A DNA stretch of 63,615 bases, filler included, from Octopus bimaculoides (taxonomy: Eukaryota): NCBI RefSeq assembly GCF_001194135.2. It is 10 parts of 10 records of this genome, joined end to end, with 100 filler letters (N's around TTAATTAATTAA, not from the genome) between each part and the next. Parts side by side here need not be neighbours in the genome. Positions count along the whole stretch, not along the records: positions 1 to 8,727 come from NC_068991.1; positions 8,828 to 17,948 come from NC_068983.1; 8 more parts are not named here. One strand, written 5' to 3'. Within the stretch, counting starts at the first letter, position 1, and every line of letters starts with the position of its first letter. The notes beneath the pieces are model-generated. The model did no database searches. It saw only the letters and a program-made list of their open reading frames with translations, and was not told the DNA's origin. This document shows, piece by piece, positions 1 to 11,780 of the stretch. The position numbers were made by a program, and so were the translations under genes.

Positions 1-54
1 TAATTTTCGCAAAGCGAACAACTGAAATGTAATAAATAAGTAGGACTACATACT

Positions 55-532
55 TTAGTATCTAGTTGACATTCTCTTTGCAGTTTTTAATACAGAAACT
101 CTTTTTGGCATTGAACTGATGAGCTTTGTGATTGTCCCTTGTGGAATTTCTGCCCACTTTTCACGCAACAATCGAAACAATTCATCTTTAGGTTTAGGTT
201 TCTGTTGAGTTTTTTGTATAGCTCTATCTAGTATGCTCCAAAGTTTTTCAATTGGGTTCATGTCAGGAGATTGGTTTGGCTAAGGAAGCTTTTTGATTCC
301 ATTTTCAGTCAGCCATTATTGATTGCTTTTCGCTGTGTGGCATGGAGCCCCATCTTCCATGAATAAAAACTAATTTTTCACTGTTATCGTGTGAACACAT
401 CGGAAGTAGTCCTTGCTTAAGTATTTTGATGTATTTTTCAGAGTTTATGGTTCCAACAGATTCGATCAGCTCAGAACGACCATTGTTGGTGACAACTCCC
501 CATACCATTACAGAGATACCGCCAAAATCCAT
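55..532 (-). mobile_element. Tc1/mariner transposase C-terminal (DDE) fragment, frameshifted, 5'-truncated by the PLE
   Basis: Translations GGISVMVWGVVTNNGRSEL..GTINSEKYIKIL, then after a frameshift EDGAPCHTA and QSPDMNPIEKLWSILDR match Tc1 DDE motifs; stops and frameshift present. Confidence 0.9.
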
Positions 533-821
533 TGGTCCAGGAGAGGGTTCAACACTGGAGTCTAGCGAAACTAACAGGGCTGACAAGCCAACTGTAAGAA
601 GGAATAAAATGCACAAGCTAAAATTTACATTACGATTTTCCTTAGACACCCAGCTGTTTTGGTAACTTCTAGAATTTCTATATGATCCAATTCTTATTCT
701 GTGTACCATAAAATCAATCATCTCAATCTACTTGATTTTGATATTTTAAAAAGGATTGGCGTAACTCTTCACAAAGGTAAAAAATCATGACGAAGGGCGC
801 AATTCGATTGTCATAAATATT

Positions 822-878
822 TTATTGGTTGAACGATATTTCAACAGTAAATCTGTCTTTGTCAAGTTCAAAATAAGA
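822..878 (-). ncRNA. Minimal type I hammerhead ribozyme (U3-A8 variant), left pseudo-LTR copy
   Basis: Minus strand TCTTATTTTGAAC-TTGACAA-A-GACAG attta CTGTT-GAAA-TATC-GTTCAA cc AATAAA: stem I, core, stem II, GAAA, palindromic ATAT stem III, AUC triplet. Confidence 0.7.
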
Positions 879-1100
879 AGTGATAAAAATTCAAAACTAT
901 AGAAATTTATATGTAAAGTATGAAAGAGAGCAACCAGCATCCGCATTTTGATGGCAAGACGTCATTAGTCTTCAAGTTTCAATTTTATAACAGGTGAAAA
1001 GAAAAAAAGACAGAAAAAAAGAAGACAAAAAAGTGACAGAAAAAAAGAAGACAAAAAAGAGACAGAAAAAGCGGAAAGAAAAAGAGATAAAGAAGAATAT

Positions 1101-1715
1101 TTAATCAAACAATTTTGTATAAATTGATGATATTCTCCTGCCATTTTTATTCATTCCGCCAGGGCATGATGTTAATAAACCGCAAGCATGTTTCTCCTCA
1201 AGCTTTCTGAGAAGTGAAAGTGAAGCAGATTCAGAATATTTTCTGAGAATATGCACTTTCAAGTCTTCTTCAAAATTGTAGCCGCTTGAAACGAAATGTT
1301 CGGCAAGTTCTGTCGAACTATTGTTATTATGCCTGACGTCGAATCTGTGCCCATTAAAGCTTTTGTTTAATTGTTCTGTTGTACAACCAACATAAATCAA
1401 GTTGTGTTTCATGCATTCTGCCGCGTACACTAAATGGGAATCTCTACATGTCCCACCTTCTGTATATATTATAACATTTCTGTTATGATTCCTGATGGAA
1501 TTCACTTGACTCATGTGGTTGCACAATGAACAGGGCTTACCTCGCTTGCGGCTTTTCTTTAAGGTACAGGGTGCAGACACTCCAATGTTCATTTTGGCTA
1601 CAATAGGTGGCTGAGGAAATATCTGTTTGAAACGAGGATATTTTTTCGCCACATGCCCGTAACTTTCATGCAACACTTTTGAAATGCCAGCGAAATTTCG
1701 GTGCCAGTTAATCAC
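1101..1715 (-). CDS. GIY-YIG endonuclease domain of the PLE (open segment of a disrupted ORF)
   Basis: LVYAAEC..LIYVGCTT..FNGHR pattern with an upstream CxxC and C-terminal E..GGMN, typical of PLE endonucleases. Confidence 0.85.
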   Translation of the reverse strand: MINWHRNFAGISKVLHESYGHVAKKYPRFKQIFPQPPIVAKMNIGVSAPCTLKKSRKRGKPCSLCNHMSQVNSIRNHNRNVIIYTEGGTCRDSHLVYAAECMKHNLIYVGCTTEQLNKSFNGHRFDVRHNNNSSTELAEHFVSSGYNFEEDLKVHILRKYSESASLSLLRKLEEKHACGLLTSCPGGMNKNGRRISSIYTKLFD

Positions 1716-2280
1716 TAAAGGAATTCTGTCACCTATTGTATTGTGTTTGCTAAAATTGTGCGTGAAGGTTTAACTATCTTTGCTAGTCTTATCTATTTCA
1801 TTTGCTATTTCCTTTAATCGTGATTCACTGTAACTGCGTTTGACATAATGATGTACAAAATCATTTGCATGTTTCCAGTAATCCTCTATGTCAGTATAAA
1901 TCCGTTTTATCCTCAAAAATTGGGATTTCGGATTTGATTGAATAATATGATGTGGATGATCAGAGCGGCGGTGGCGATAAATATGGGATGATGTGGTCTT
2001 GCAAAATAACTCTCAGTATTCTGCCTCCAGAAAACTTGACTTTTGTGTCTAAAAATTCAACGCTAGTTTTTGAAAAACTAGATATAAATTTTGTGTTTAT
2101 TAGATATTCTTCTTTTTCTCTTTTTCTTTTCTCTTTTTTTTTCTGTCTCTTTTTTTTCTCTTAGCCTGTTATAAAATTGAAACTTAAAGACTGATGATGT
2201 CATTCCATCAACGTGTGGACGCTGGTTGCTCCCGTTCATACTTTACATTTAAATTTCTATAATTTTGAATATTTCTCACT

Positions 2281-2339
2281 TCTTATTTTGAACTTGACAA
2301 AGACAGACTTACTGTTGAAATATCGTTCAACCAATAAGA
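2281..2339 (+). ncRNA. Minimal type I hammerhead ribozyme (U3-A8 variant), right pseudo-LTR copy
   Basis: TCTTATT-TTGAAC / GTTCAA-cc-AATAAGA form a 13-bp stem I; TTGACAA core 2294-2300; GACAG/CTGTT stem II; GAAA 2317-2320; predicted cleavage after C2324. Confidence 0.72.
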
Positions 2340-2383
2340 TATCTATTACAATCGAATGGCGTACTTCGTCTTANNNNNNNNNN

Positions 2384-2500
<117 letters not shown>

Positions 2501-2716
2501 GACACCGGGGACGTTTAACATGTGAGAGCGAAATTTATCCAAAAACATCGAAAATAAAGACATCGCATGGAGCCCAAAATAGTTGACAAATGGTTGGACT
2601 ATATCCGAGTAAGTAGTACTCATTGAAATTTATTTCTATTTTCCAAATAAAATGATGTATTTTAACTGGATATCATCTCCACTGCTCGCACAGCACATGT
2701 AAACACGCTTGAAACA

Positions 2717-5685
2717 TTGCGATCCATCAACACCAGACCATCTCCGGCCCCAAACACCATGTACAAAAAAATAATTGCAAATAAATTAAATAACACCGGT
2801 ATTATTCAACCCAAGAATAACAATCGGGAAGTGCGCACTTTAAACTTGTCACACAAAAAGTACATAAAACTTCATGTGCAAAACTATTTAACAACAGACA
2901 CGAACGGACCGGCACCCTACGAAAATGATGACCGTCAAAATAAAGGGCCGGACGTTAGTCCTCATGTCCCGCAAATAAAACCAAAAAGGCATAAATGGAC
3001 ACGTGAGGAATATATTTCAATCCTACACGCTTATTTTACAGCAGTGCTCTACCCAAAGAACGAAAACACAACAACATATACATATAAAATCTGGAAGAAA
3101 AATAACCTAAATAAATACTTAGATACAGCAATGAACCCTAATAAACTAGCTAACATACGAAGATATATTCTCAAAAAAAAATATCAGAAATAGAAATAGA
3201 ATATTTAAAACGAAAAATACATCAGGAAAATGTAGATAGTAGCCACACAGCAATGCCAAATAATATAAACACTGAGATAGTAAAACACGAAGACAGACGT
3301 AACATTTCCAAGAAAAACGAAGTAAACAAAACACAACAAGCCCAGACTGTAGGAGTGTATAATAATGTACTAAAAAGCACCAATCCAGAACACCACAGAC
3401 AAACATATGAATGAAAAGGAAGGCAAAACAAATCTAAAGCCTGGGAATAACGAAGGGAAACCTAATAATTACGATACTATGAAAATGAGAATAACCAAAG
3501 AACTGAAAACCACAGATCTTAGAATGGACCACCTTATATCTCTCAAAAATCAAAATAGACAATAAAACAACATCAATAATAAATAACATAAACCTGGCCG
3601 TCACGGAACTAATATCCAAAGAAACAAATGGCAATATCACTGAGCTAAATGACATAATATATGCAGCAGCCACTGCAACCTCAAAAGAAACTGGATACTC
3701 CCTCAGATCCATCCAAACAGGAGTACCACCACCCAAACAAACCTTGTGAATAAATAATATCCCTCCCCAGAAGATGTGGAAGAATTCTGGAAAGAAATAT
3801 GGTCGGCGAAGGAACAACCTCAGAAAAGGACTATTAAAACAATGAACTTAGCACCTGAACAACTCTGGACCCCTACAGCAACTGAAGAGGTCACCCAGAC
3901 ACTGCAAAGACTAAGCAACTGGAAGGCACCTGGGCACGACAAAATCCCCAACTTCTAGCTAAAATATCTGACAGGAATACACAAAAAGCTGGCTGAAAAC
4001 TTTAACGACATACTAGCAGAGCCAGAGACAATGCCTGAATGGCTCACGAAAGGGAAAACTATCCTAATTCCCTAATCCTCCGAAATGGCAAAACCACAAA
4101 ACTACAGACCTATAACCTGTCTCCCTACAATTTACAAAGCCTTTACTGCAATAATATCGCAGAGATTGAACAAGCATCTGGAAGAAAACAACCTGTTTCC
4201 AGAAGAGCAGAAAGGATGCTGTAAAGATCAATTATTGATCAATAAAGCCATAACTGAAGACAGCCGCAGAAAGAAGAAAGGCCTCAATATGGCCTGGGTC
4301 GACCACCGAAAGGCTTTTGATAGTATTCCCCGCACGTGGATCCTCGAAACACTAGCCATGAACAAGGTAGCACCAATAATTATAAAATACACAAGACACT
4401 CTGTGAATAAATGGCAGACAGTGCTACAGCTCCACACAAAAGAGGGACTCGTGAAAGCCAAAGTCATCCCCATTAGCAGAGGAATATTCCAGGGAGACAC
4501 GCTCTCTCCACTCCTTTTATTCTTGGCACCGACACCTTTATCTGACATGTTAAATTGAACTGGATGCGGATACAAATGTTACGGCAAAACAATCAGCCAC
4601 CTCTTATAAATGGATGACCTAAAACTATACGCTACAAATGATAAACAGCTGGGAGCTCTACTACAGACTGTACATGGATTTACCAAAGAAATAGATATGA
4701 AATTTGGCTTAGGAAAATGTGCTAAAGCAACCTTGAAAACAGGAAAACTAGTTAAGAGTAGCAACATCACACTAGATAAAGCCAATGAAATAAGAGAATT
4801 AAACCAAAGGCAGACATACAAATAATTAGGAATCAATGAACTAGATACGATACAATACACACAAAGGAAATAGAAAGAAAGAAAGAATACTATTGACAAG
4901 TTAGATCAATACTGGAAACAGAGCTCAATGCTAAAAACAAGATAATAGGTATTAACACTTTAGCCGTCCCAGTTATAAGTTACAGCTATAATATCCTTAA
5001 CTGGACACTAAATGAACTAACCAAAATATACAGGAAAAGAAAAAAAGGATAATGACAGGATCTAGGATGCACCACCCAAAATCTGACATAGAAAGGCTAT
5101 ATATATACAACACATAGAAGGTGGTAGAGGCCTTATACAGCTGGAAAGCTATTATAAAATAACCACCATAGGACTGCAAAAATACCTATTTCAGAAGCAA
5201 GGAAAACTAATACAAATAGCAACAAAATACGAGCAAAACAAAAAAAACTGTTTTCAGTAATTAAGTAAGCTGAAAAATACAAACAAGAAATCATACTACT
5301 TAACAAATATAAAGAAGAAGAAACAGCAAAAGCTATAAAACAAATGAAATCCAAACTAAAACTAGAACAGCAACGGACCATGATAAAACGATGGCAAGAA
5401 AAGCCCCTACATGGTAAATACTGGGCTAAACTAAATGCGAAAGAAATAGACAGAGAAAAATCCCAGCAATGGCTGAGAAGCTCAGGACTCAAAGCAGCGA
5501 CGGAAGGATTTTTAATTGCTGCATAAGGCCAAAGCCTCCCCACCAGAAATTACCAAAACATATAAGGAAAAGAAACATAAGTAACTGCAGAATATGTGGA
5601 GATGGACAAGAAATAATAAATCATATTATCTCTGACTGCCCAGTGCTGGCTAAGAAGGAATATATTCACAGACACGACAGAGCTG
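2717..5685 (+). mobile_element. Dong/R4-clade non-LTR retrotransposon, long decayed copy ending at a gap
   Basis: KAPGHDKIPNF, PEWLTKGKTILIP, NYRPITCLPTIYK, EEQKGC, DHRKAFDSI, RGIFQGDTLSPLL, MDDLKLYA, FGLGKCA, HHPKSDIERLY..GGRGL, KPLHGKY, CRICG..HIISDC..KKEYIHRHD (CCHC knuckle); many stops and frameshifts. Confidence 0.9.
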
Positions 5686-6013
5686 NNNNNNNNNNNNNNN
5701 NNNNNNNNNNNNNNNNNNNNNNNNNNNNNNNNNNNNNNNNNNNNNNNNNNNNNNNNNNNNNNNNNNNNNNNNNNNNNNNNNNNNNCTTTTAGATCGCTTA
5801 TATTATTTCTGACATCAGACATCTAAATGCCAATGCGACTGAGAACTTTTCAAATCAAATATTAGAAATATCGTACTGAACATGTCTGTATGATTCATAT
5901 TTCTTCTTCACATTTCAACACCAGCATACACAACAACGTGGCCACCAACAGCAACAACATCAATATAAAAAATAACTAAAAAGTAAGTTAGATAGTTTCC
6001 TGATAATTTCATA

Positions 6014-6283
6014 ATGGCCTACTCACGCAGTACAAACTGGGATCAGGTTTTTCATGACACTATGCATCTCCCAACACTCTGTGTAGATATTATCAATACA
6101 ATCCAATTCCAGAGATTACGTAATATCAAACAATTAGGTTTGATTTATTACGTTTATCCATGCGCTTCACATAACAGATTTGAACATTGTCTGGGGACAT
6201 GTTATCTTGCTAGCAAAATGATTCGCCATCTTAGCCAGCAAAATCCCGACCTCCAAATATCATTGAAGTGTATTATTCAAGTG
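6014..6283 (+). pseudogene. SAMHD1: SAMHD1-like HD-domain dNTPase N-terminal fragment (or isolated exon)
   Basis: [42 protein letters not shown] aligns by eye to human [41 protein letters not shown]. Similarity stops before the HD dyad; the PIHG segment is missing. Confidence 0.85.
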
Positions 6284-6419
6284 AATCTGAATTTCGGTTT
6301 CGCTTTACGTGCCAGAACGTGCAGTCAGTGACTGGGTAGCACAGAAAATTAGTAAGCGCGTGCGTGTGCGTGAGGGCGTGTACACGAGTGCAGGTGCACA
6401 AATCAAAAGTCACTTTAAT

Positions 6420-7000
6420 ATAATCTCAGGTGAACGACTGAGTGCATTCTCTATCCATGATATCGTAGATCTCCTTACAGTATTGCAGTGTGTGAACTGC
6501 CTTGAAGGATTTTCATAAGTGAAATGTGTCTGGCACTGTTGTCGTGGGTAATTGTTGAGGATAGCAAGAACGTTAGTGTAACATACTGGAGTAATGCGCG
6601 AGACAGGAAATTTTCTCTATTTATTACGTGACCAAACAGGGGTCTAACAAAGGGAAATTATGTCTAAACACCAGCGCAGAGAACATGTGAACATTCGACG
6701 TGCATTGAGTCGGGAAAAGAGTTGGGCTGGCACAGATGCATTGAAAAACAAAGCAGTAGAGGCATAATAGAGTTGCGTGTAACGTATGTGCAAAAGGGCT
6801 CATGGCTGAGGTAGTATGCTAGTGCAGCGATTACAAAACAGTGTAGAATAAGTCAGTGATTGAAGCAGTGCTGGATATGTCAGCCAATGCTTGAGGTATT
6901 AAACGTCTGCAGGAGTAGAAGTGTGGCATGCTGGCGTGTTGTAAGGAACAAACAACTTTCTCTATGTATACGGGACCGACGTAGGGTCTTACAGAGGCGA
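6420..7000 (-). mobile_element. Heavily decayed L2/CR1-type LINE RT remnant
   Basis: Weak ordered remnants on minus strand: RQHATLLLL (cf. TLLLLLDLSAAFD), LPQ (cf. GVPQG), QLFS (cf. DDTQLY). Confidence 0.4.
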
Positions 7001-8999
7001 GTTGTGTCTACAAGGGCGCAGGGAGCATGAAAAACAAGCGAGAAAGGCATGTGTGGTGCATGAATGTGATAGTTTTAGCAAGCAGGTACATGTATGAACA
7101 TTGTGCGGTGCAGCAAAAGAAATGGACAGTATGAAAATGAGTAAACAAAAGGTGGAAAACTTAACTAAAAAAAGTGTCATTTGTTTAAAAGTCTACTGCT
7201 GAAAAGTGGAAAAAAAAAAGGTGCATGCAAAGAAAAAGAAGTTGTTGAAAGTCTATGTAAGAGTCTTATATACGTGCAGAAGTTCGTAGACAATTCAGGG
7301 TCTGTACGTCAGAATGATACGAAAAGCGTGTGCGTGCCGAAAAGTTTGCATGTGCCGGCTTCCGCATTTTCTTCCAGTTGGTTTCTGGGGATGTAGCTGT
7401 CGAAATGATACATTTATTGGCTTCCATGGTGAGTGAATTCTTTGTGTGTCGGTAGTGCTGCATTGTTGTGAAGTGCATCGCAGTACAGTGCTTTCTGTTG
7501 CGCGTACTGTAAGAAATGGAACGAGGGTGCATCTTGGTGGTGATGAAGGTTGTCATTCTTTTCCTCTTGTTTAGCGACTATTGATATTAAGACTAGTTCT
7601 TTAGTTCGGAGTCAGCAAAATGAGGGCCTTGGGACATTAGAAAGTAGCAGTGTAACGATGGGGTTATAGTAGTTGTAAAGATATGCAATAGTTCTTGTCT
7701 CATCAGAAGGAAGTAGTTCTTTCGAGTCGGGTGTCACCAATGTAACAAGTCACCAAATGTAACGGTTGGTATTACGATAGATATTGGAGTTGGCAGTTAG
7801 CGATTGTAACGAGTTCTGTAGTTGCAAGTGTGCAAGATGGAAAAGGAGCAGTAATCGAATTTCTAAAGAAATATTTATTAGCCGTTACACCGAGCAGGTG
7901 TGTGGTATAATATAAGTGGAAGAGCATGCGAGATAAAAGAAGTTAACTTCTTGTATAGTTGGTGTTTGTGTTCTCGTTATTGTGTAGTAGTAACCTACAG
8001 ATAGAGCTGGAATAAAGTTCTAGAGAAAAGAAAGTGAGAGTGGGAGTTGTGGGACAAAACAACTGCTTCGTTAGTGAGTTACCATAGTTGTCCCTTTGTG
8101 CCTTTTCCTTCAGCCGGTCAGCCAGACTCGGTTCTCACTAACTCACTTTGGCTTACGGAGTTCTTGTTTTTATACCTATCCAAAACTAGTCAGAAGGAGA
8201 GACATATTGTTGACAACAATGAATTTCGTTGGCGGTCTGTTATCTCTATTCTAGCATTAGATGGACTAGAAGTTAGAAGGGTCAAGTGGCAAAGACATTA
8301 TTATGCTTAGTGAAGGCATCTGGTAAATGTAACTGCTGTCAATCACAGAAAAATTATTGTTTCACCATGAGAAAAGTGCTGTTGAACTGTTTAGTGAAGT
8401 TTGGCGATCGAGGATCGAATCCACGCTATGCCTGCATGAAGCCACTCCCCCTCTCGCTCCGCTCCCTTCTGTTGTCCTGGCATCTACTTCACTGCTATAC
8501 CCTTCTGTCCCTTCCTCCTTGTTCCACTTCCTCCCTCCACCATTCTCTCTGCTCTCGTGTGACCTGTGGTCAGCTTTCTTTTCACTCCAGCCGCTGTGAA
8601 GGCAAGACGAACTACTAGCGTTCTACCTCAGATTCGCGTTTGGCCGTACGGCTTTTGAATGTTGTTTTCACTGTCCAATTTTTCCTGTCTTGGTTTGTGT
8701 TTGCCACCTTGGAATCCTCTGTGTAGTNNNNNNNNNNNNNNNNNNNNNNNNNNNNNNNNNNNNNNNNNNNNTTAATTAATTAANNNNNNNNNNNNNNNNN
8801 NNNNNNNNNNNNNNNNNNNNNNNNNNNGAAATGCTGTTAACGATTCTGCTAGATTGCCGCTTTGAGTGCAGTTTGATATCGGTGCTACATTTGTCTGAAG
8901 TTATAACCACAACGATATCACCAAATTCATACCTTCTGTTAACTGCGTAAGCAGTGAGTTTAAGAGTTTACTGACCTCATCATCAAGAAATAAATATCG

Positions 9000-9300
9000 A
9001 TTTATTGTTGTCGGTAAATATTCTCTTTTTCCATTTGGTTTCCTTTCTCACAACATTTCTACCTCGACCGTCATTACTTGCTTGGCTATGTTATTTTCTC
9101 TTTTCGACTTTTCCTGGGTATATCAACTTAGATTGAAGAACTTTCGTTATGTATTCCGAATGGGTCTTTCGTGCATTACTGGGATATTTCAGCGAATTAC
9201 TCAATTCCATACCACCTTGACACAAATAGTTTGAATGTTACTTTGGTATCATCTGGAAAATTGGCATTACATGTATAGGGTTTGAAGTCACAACTTCAGA
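9000..9300 (-). mobile_element. Decayed CR1-type RT remnant
   Basis: FPDDTKV (cf. FADDTK), KDPFGI (cf. EKDLGI), TQEKSKRENNI in different frames. Confidence 0.35.
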
Positions 9301-11269
9301 TCAAATTCCACACATGATGGTTTCTATTAGAAGGTTTCTATTTCTATTAGAAATCTTCGATGCAACAATACAAAGGAGAATACTAATCGTCATTTCTAAG
9401 ATAGGAATAATGTCACAAATATTGACCTAAGAACGATAAAAAGTAAAGTTAAACATAGCGAAATTTGAACTTAGAACGTCAGTGCACACGCGCATACAAG
9501 CATCCACACGCGCATGAACGCACATGTACATATGCCTCTGCATGAGTGCGTGTGCCTATATAAAAAAATATTTGCGATTTTTTATTCATTTACACGCGCG
9601 CGCGCACACACATGCATATTTGCAATGTGGGCGAAAAATGGGAAGTAAAGCTTTACATTTAATTAAAACATTCAGTGAGTTACAGAATTTGCTGGAAGCC
9701 AGCAGAATATTCTGCAAATTTTATTATATCGTACTTTAGAGAGAGGAAACTTTATTGGTGGCTGGTATCTAAGCAACGTAACTATCTGTAATATTTCCCT
9801 TCGTTTCATGCTGAATTGATCATCTGCTATCACGTTTCAGGATGACTGGGGAAAGGTAGTGAGTGAAGAGAGAGAAATGTGTTGAAGACGTGGAAACATA
9901 TAGACAGATAGATAGATATATAAATTAGTTAGAGAGTGGGGGAGAGATAGTGTGTGATTAAATGAGAAAAAAAAGAAGTAATGAAAAAAATTGTGAGAAT
10001 TACTATGGATGAGAAAGAACAAAATATAAAGAAAATGGGACGCAGAATGTAAGAAAGGGAGTGTATATGTTTATTGTTATACAAACCGAACTGAAGTCGG
10101 TAAGTTGGCAGAATCATTAGCGTTCCGGTCAAAAATTCTTTCCTGTATGTCATTCGACTTTTTGCGTTCAAATATCGGCTTTGTTTTCTTTTCCCCGGTG
10201 TCGCTAAAATTAAATACCTGTCTGGTAAAGGTTTCGAGTACTATCCATCTCCTCAAAAAACTTGTTCTTGTGTCTAAATTAGAAACCGTTCTAAAGTAAA
10301 AGACCTGTCGGAAAGATGCTTTGCAGTATCTCTTCCTCTTTTTATGTTCTGAGTTCAAATTCTACCGCAGCCAACGTTCCCACTATTAATTTGAGTTCGA
10401 GAAAATAGAGTACCAGCCAAGTACTGGAATTAATTGTATCCTCAAATTAAGCTGATTTTGTTCCTAAATTAGAAACGATCATAAGTGTAAGAAACAACTT
10501 TTATTGTTTTTTATGAACATACAAGATTTTACTGAACTTCACTTAAAAGATATTTTCTTCATGAATTACTTGATGAAAATAAGATATTTTCTGGTTCATC
10601 TCACCAACAAATCGATTCGGAATGTCTGCACGTCCACCTCGTTAATCTGTGGTTCAAATGGATATCACACTAGCTATTAGAATTCATGAGGTTCAATAGC
10701 GAAATCTAACATCTCTGTAGATCTTTTAAAGTGCCTTGCATGAAAGTTTCAGTAAATTTCGTGGCGCCACTTTGCTGAGTAAACTTTGAGAAATATACAA
10801 ATATTTGTAAAACACTTATTGAACCCGGAAGATTGGGTGTTGCCATGGTCTTCGGCCACTTTTATTGTGTACACATATTTTCAAGCATACACTTTGTTCT
10901 GTTTATTAGTGATTCATTATGATCATTTCAATATGGGATAGTAGGACAAATATGCACCACTCAAACAATTTTGAAAGCATAACTGATTTATAAAGCTAAA
11001 CAAAAAATGACAAGTAATCTGATACGGTTTTGACAAATGCAAGCATAAATGAAATATTAACAAAGGTACGCCTACCACCAACAACAATAACAATGACAAC
11101 ACTAACAACACTAACCGACTTTTGTTTGTATTGCAAGGGATAGGAAATACAAGACATCATTCAACTTCAAGTAATAGAAGAAACGTGGAAGAAATATGTC
11201 AAACAAGTGGTAAGCTGGTAGGAATTTGTCCAGGAGACAGAAATATAAAAGATGACATGCCTCTGTTTT

Positions 11270-11780
11270 TTTTTTTTTTTTCAAAAACAGGAGAACTTTG
11301 CATATTTTCTCGAAAGAAGAGTTGGATGATACTCCGAATGGTATGTGACAGAATTCGTTCGTTATTGATCGATATACTCGCAAAGGAAGCGTGTACCAGT
11401 TATTTAAGATCGAAGAGAAGGCGATGAGACAGGTATAGCTGGTGGGTTAATGTCTGTCAAGAGGCTGGTATTGTAGCGAATAGGGAAAAGAAATTGGGAA
11501 GTCCTGTCCCCCCAGATATTTGTACTGATGTTTGCCCTCGGATTGTCAAAAATTTTGTGGCAGGGTTCGGACAAGAGATGCGCAGCGATGATCAGCAGCA
11601 TGTGGTCGGTACCGCCAAGTTCCCCCGACCATAAGACTATCCTGGAGCTGTACCCAGTTGACCATGATTGAGCGTTTGACACCTGGAATATCGTTAGGTG
11701 CGCACTGCTCTCTACCAGTCGGGTAATGAACTCGGAGGTAGTTCTAAATGAACTATATATAGAGATCTAATTGTGGGTAA
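11270..11780 (-). mobile_element. Decayed Ty3/Gypsy RT remnant
   Basis: EFCHIPFGVS (cf. EFLRMPFGL) and VSNAQSWST (cf. PSNSPWAS) in expected order. Confidence 0.35.

Larger units (their letters stand above)
533..2373 (-). mobile_element. Penelope-like retroelement: 5'-truncated RT end/thumb + GIY-YIG endonuclease, 3' pseudo-LTR and inverted 5' pseudo-LTR copy
   Basis: Minus strand gives SKTSVEFLDTKV (~2075-2040), HPHHIIQSNPKSQFLRIKRI (thumb) and ORF 1101-1715 with CSLC..HLVYAAECMKHNLIYVGCT..GHRFD (GIY-YIG). 788-1125 is the reverse complement of ~2080-2373. Confidence 0.9.

Noticed and set aside
2600-2716. HDV-like ribozyme in the Dong/R4 5' region
   Set aside because: Could not assemble P1-P4 pairing by eye; needs an RNAmotif search.
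8772-8783. TTAATTAATTAA recurring nine times (also 17993, 23639, 30011, 41004, 52690, 56964, 60316, 61694)
   Set aside because: Always centred in N runs of near-identical length: an assembly gap placeholder, not a biological repeat or CRISPR array.
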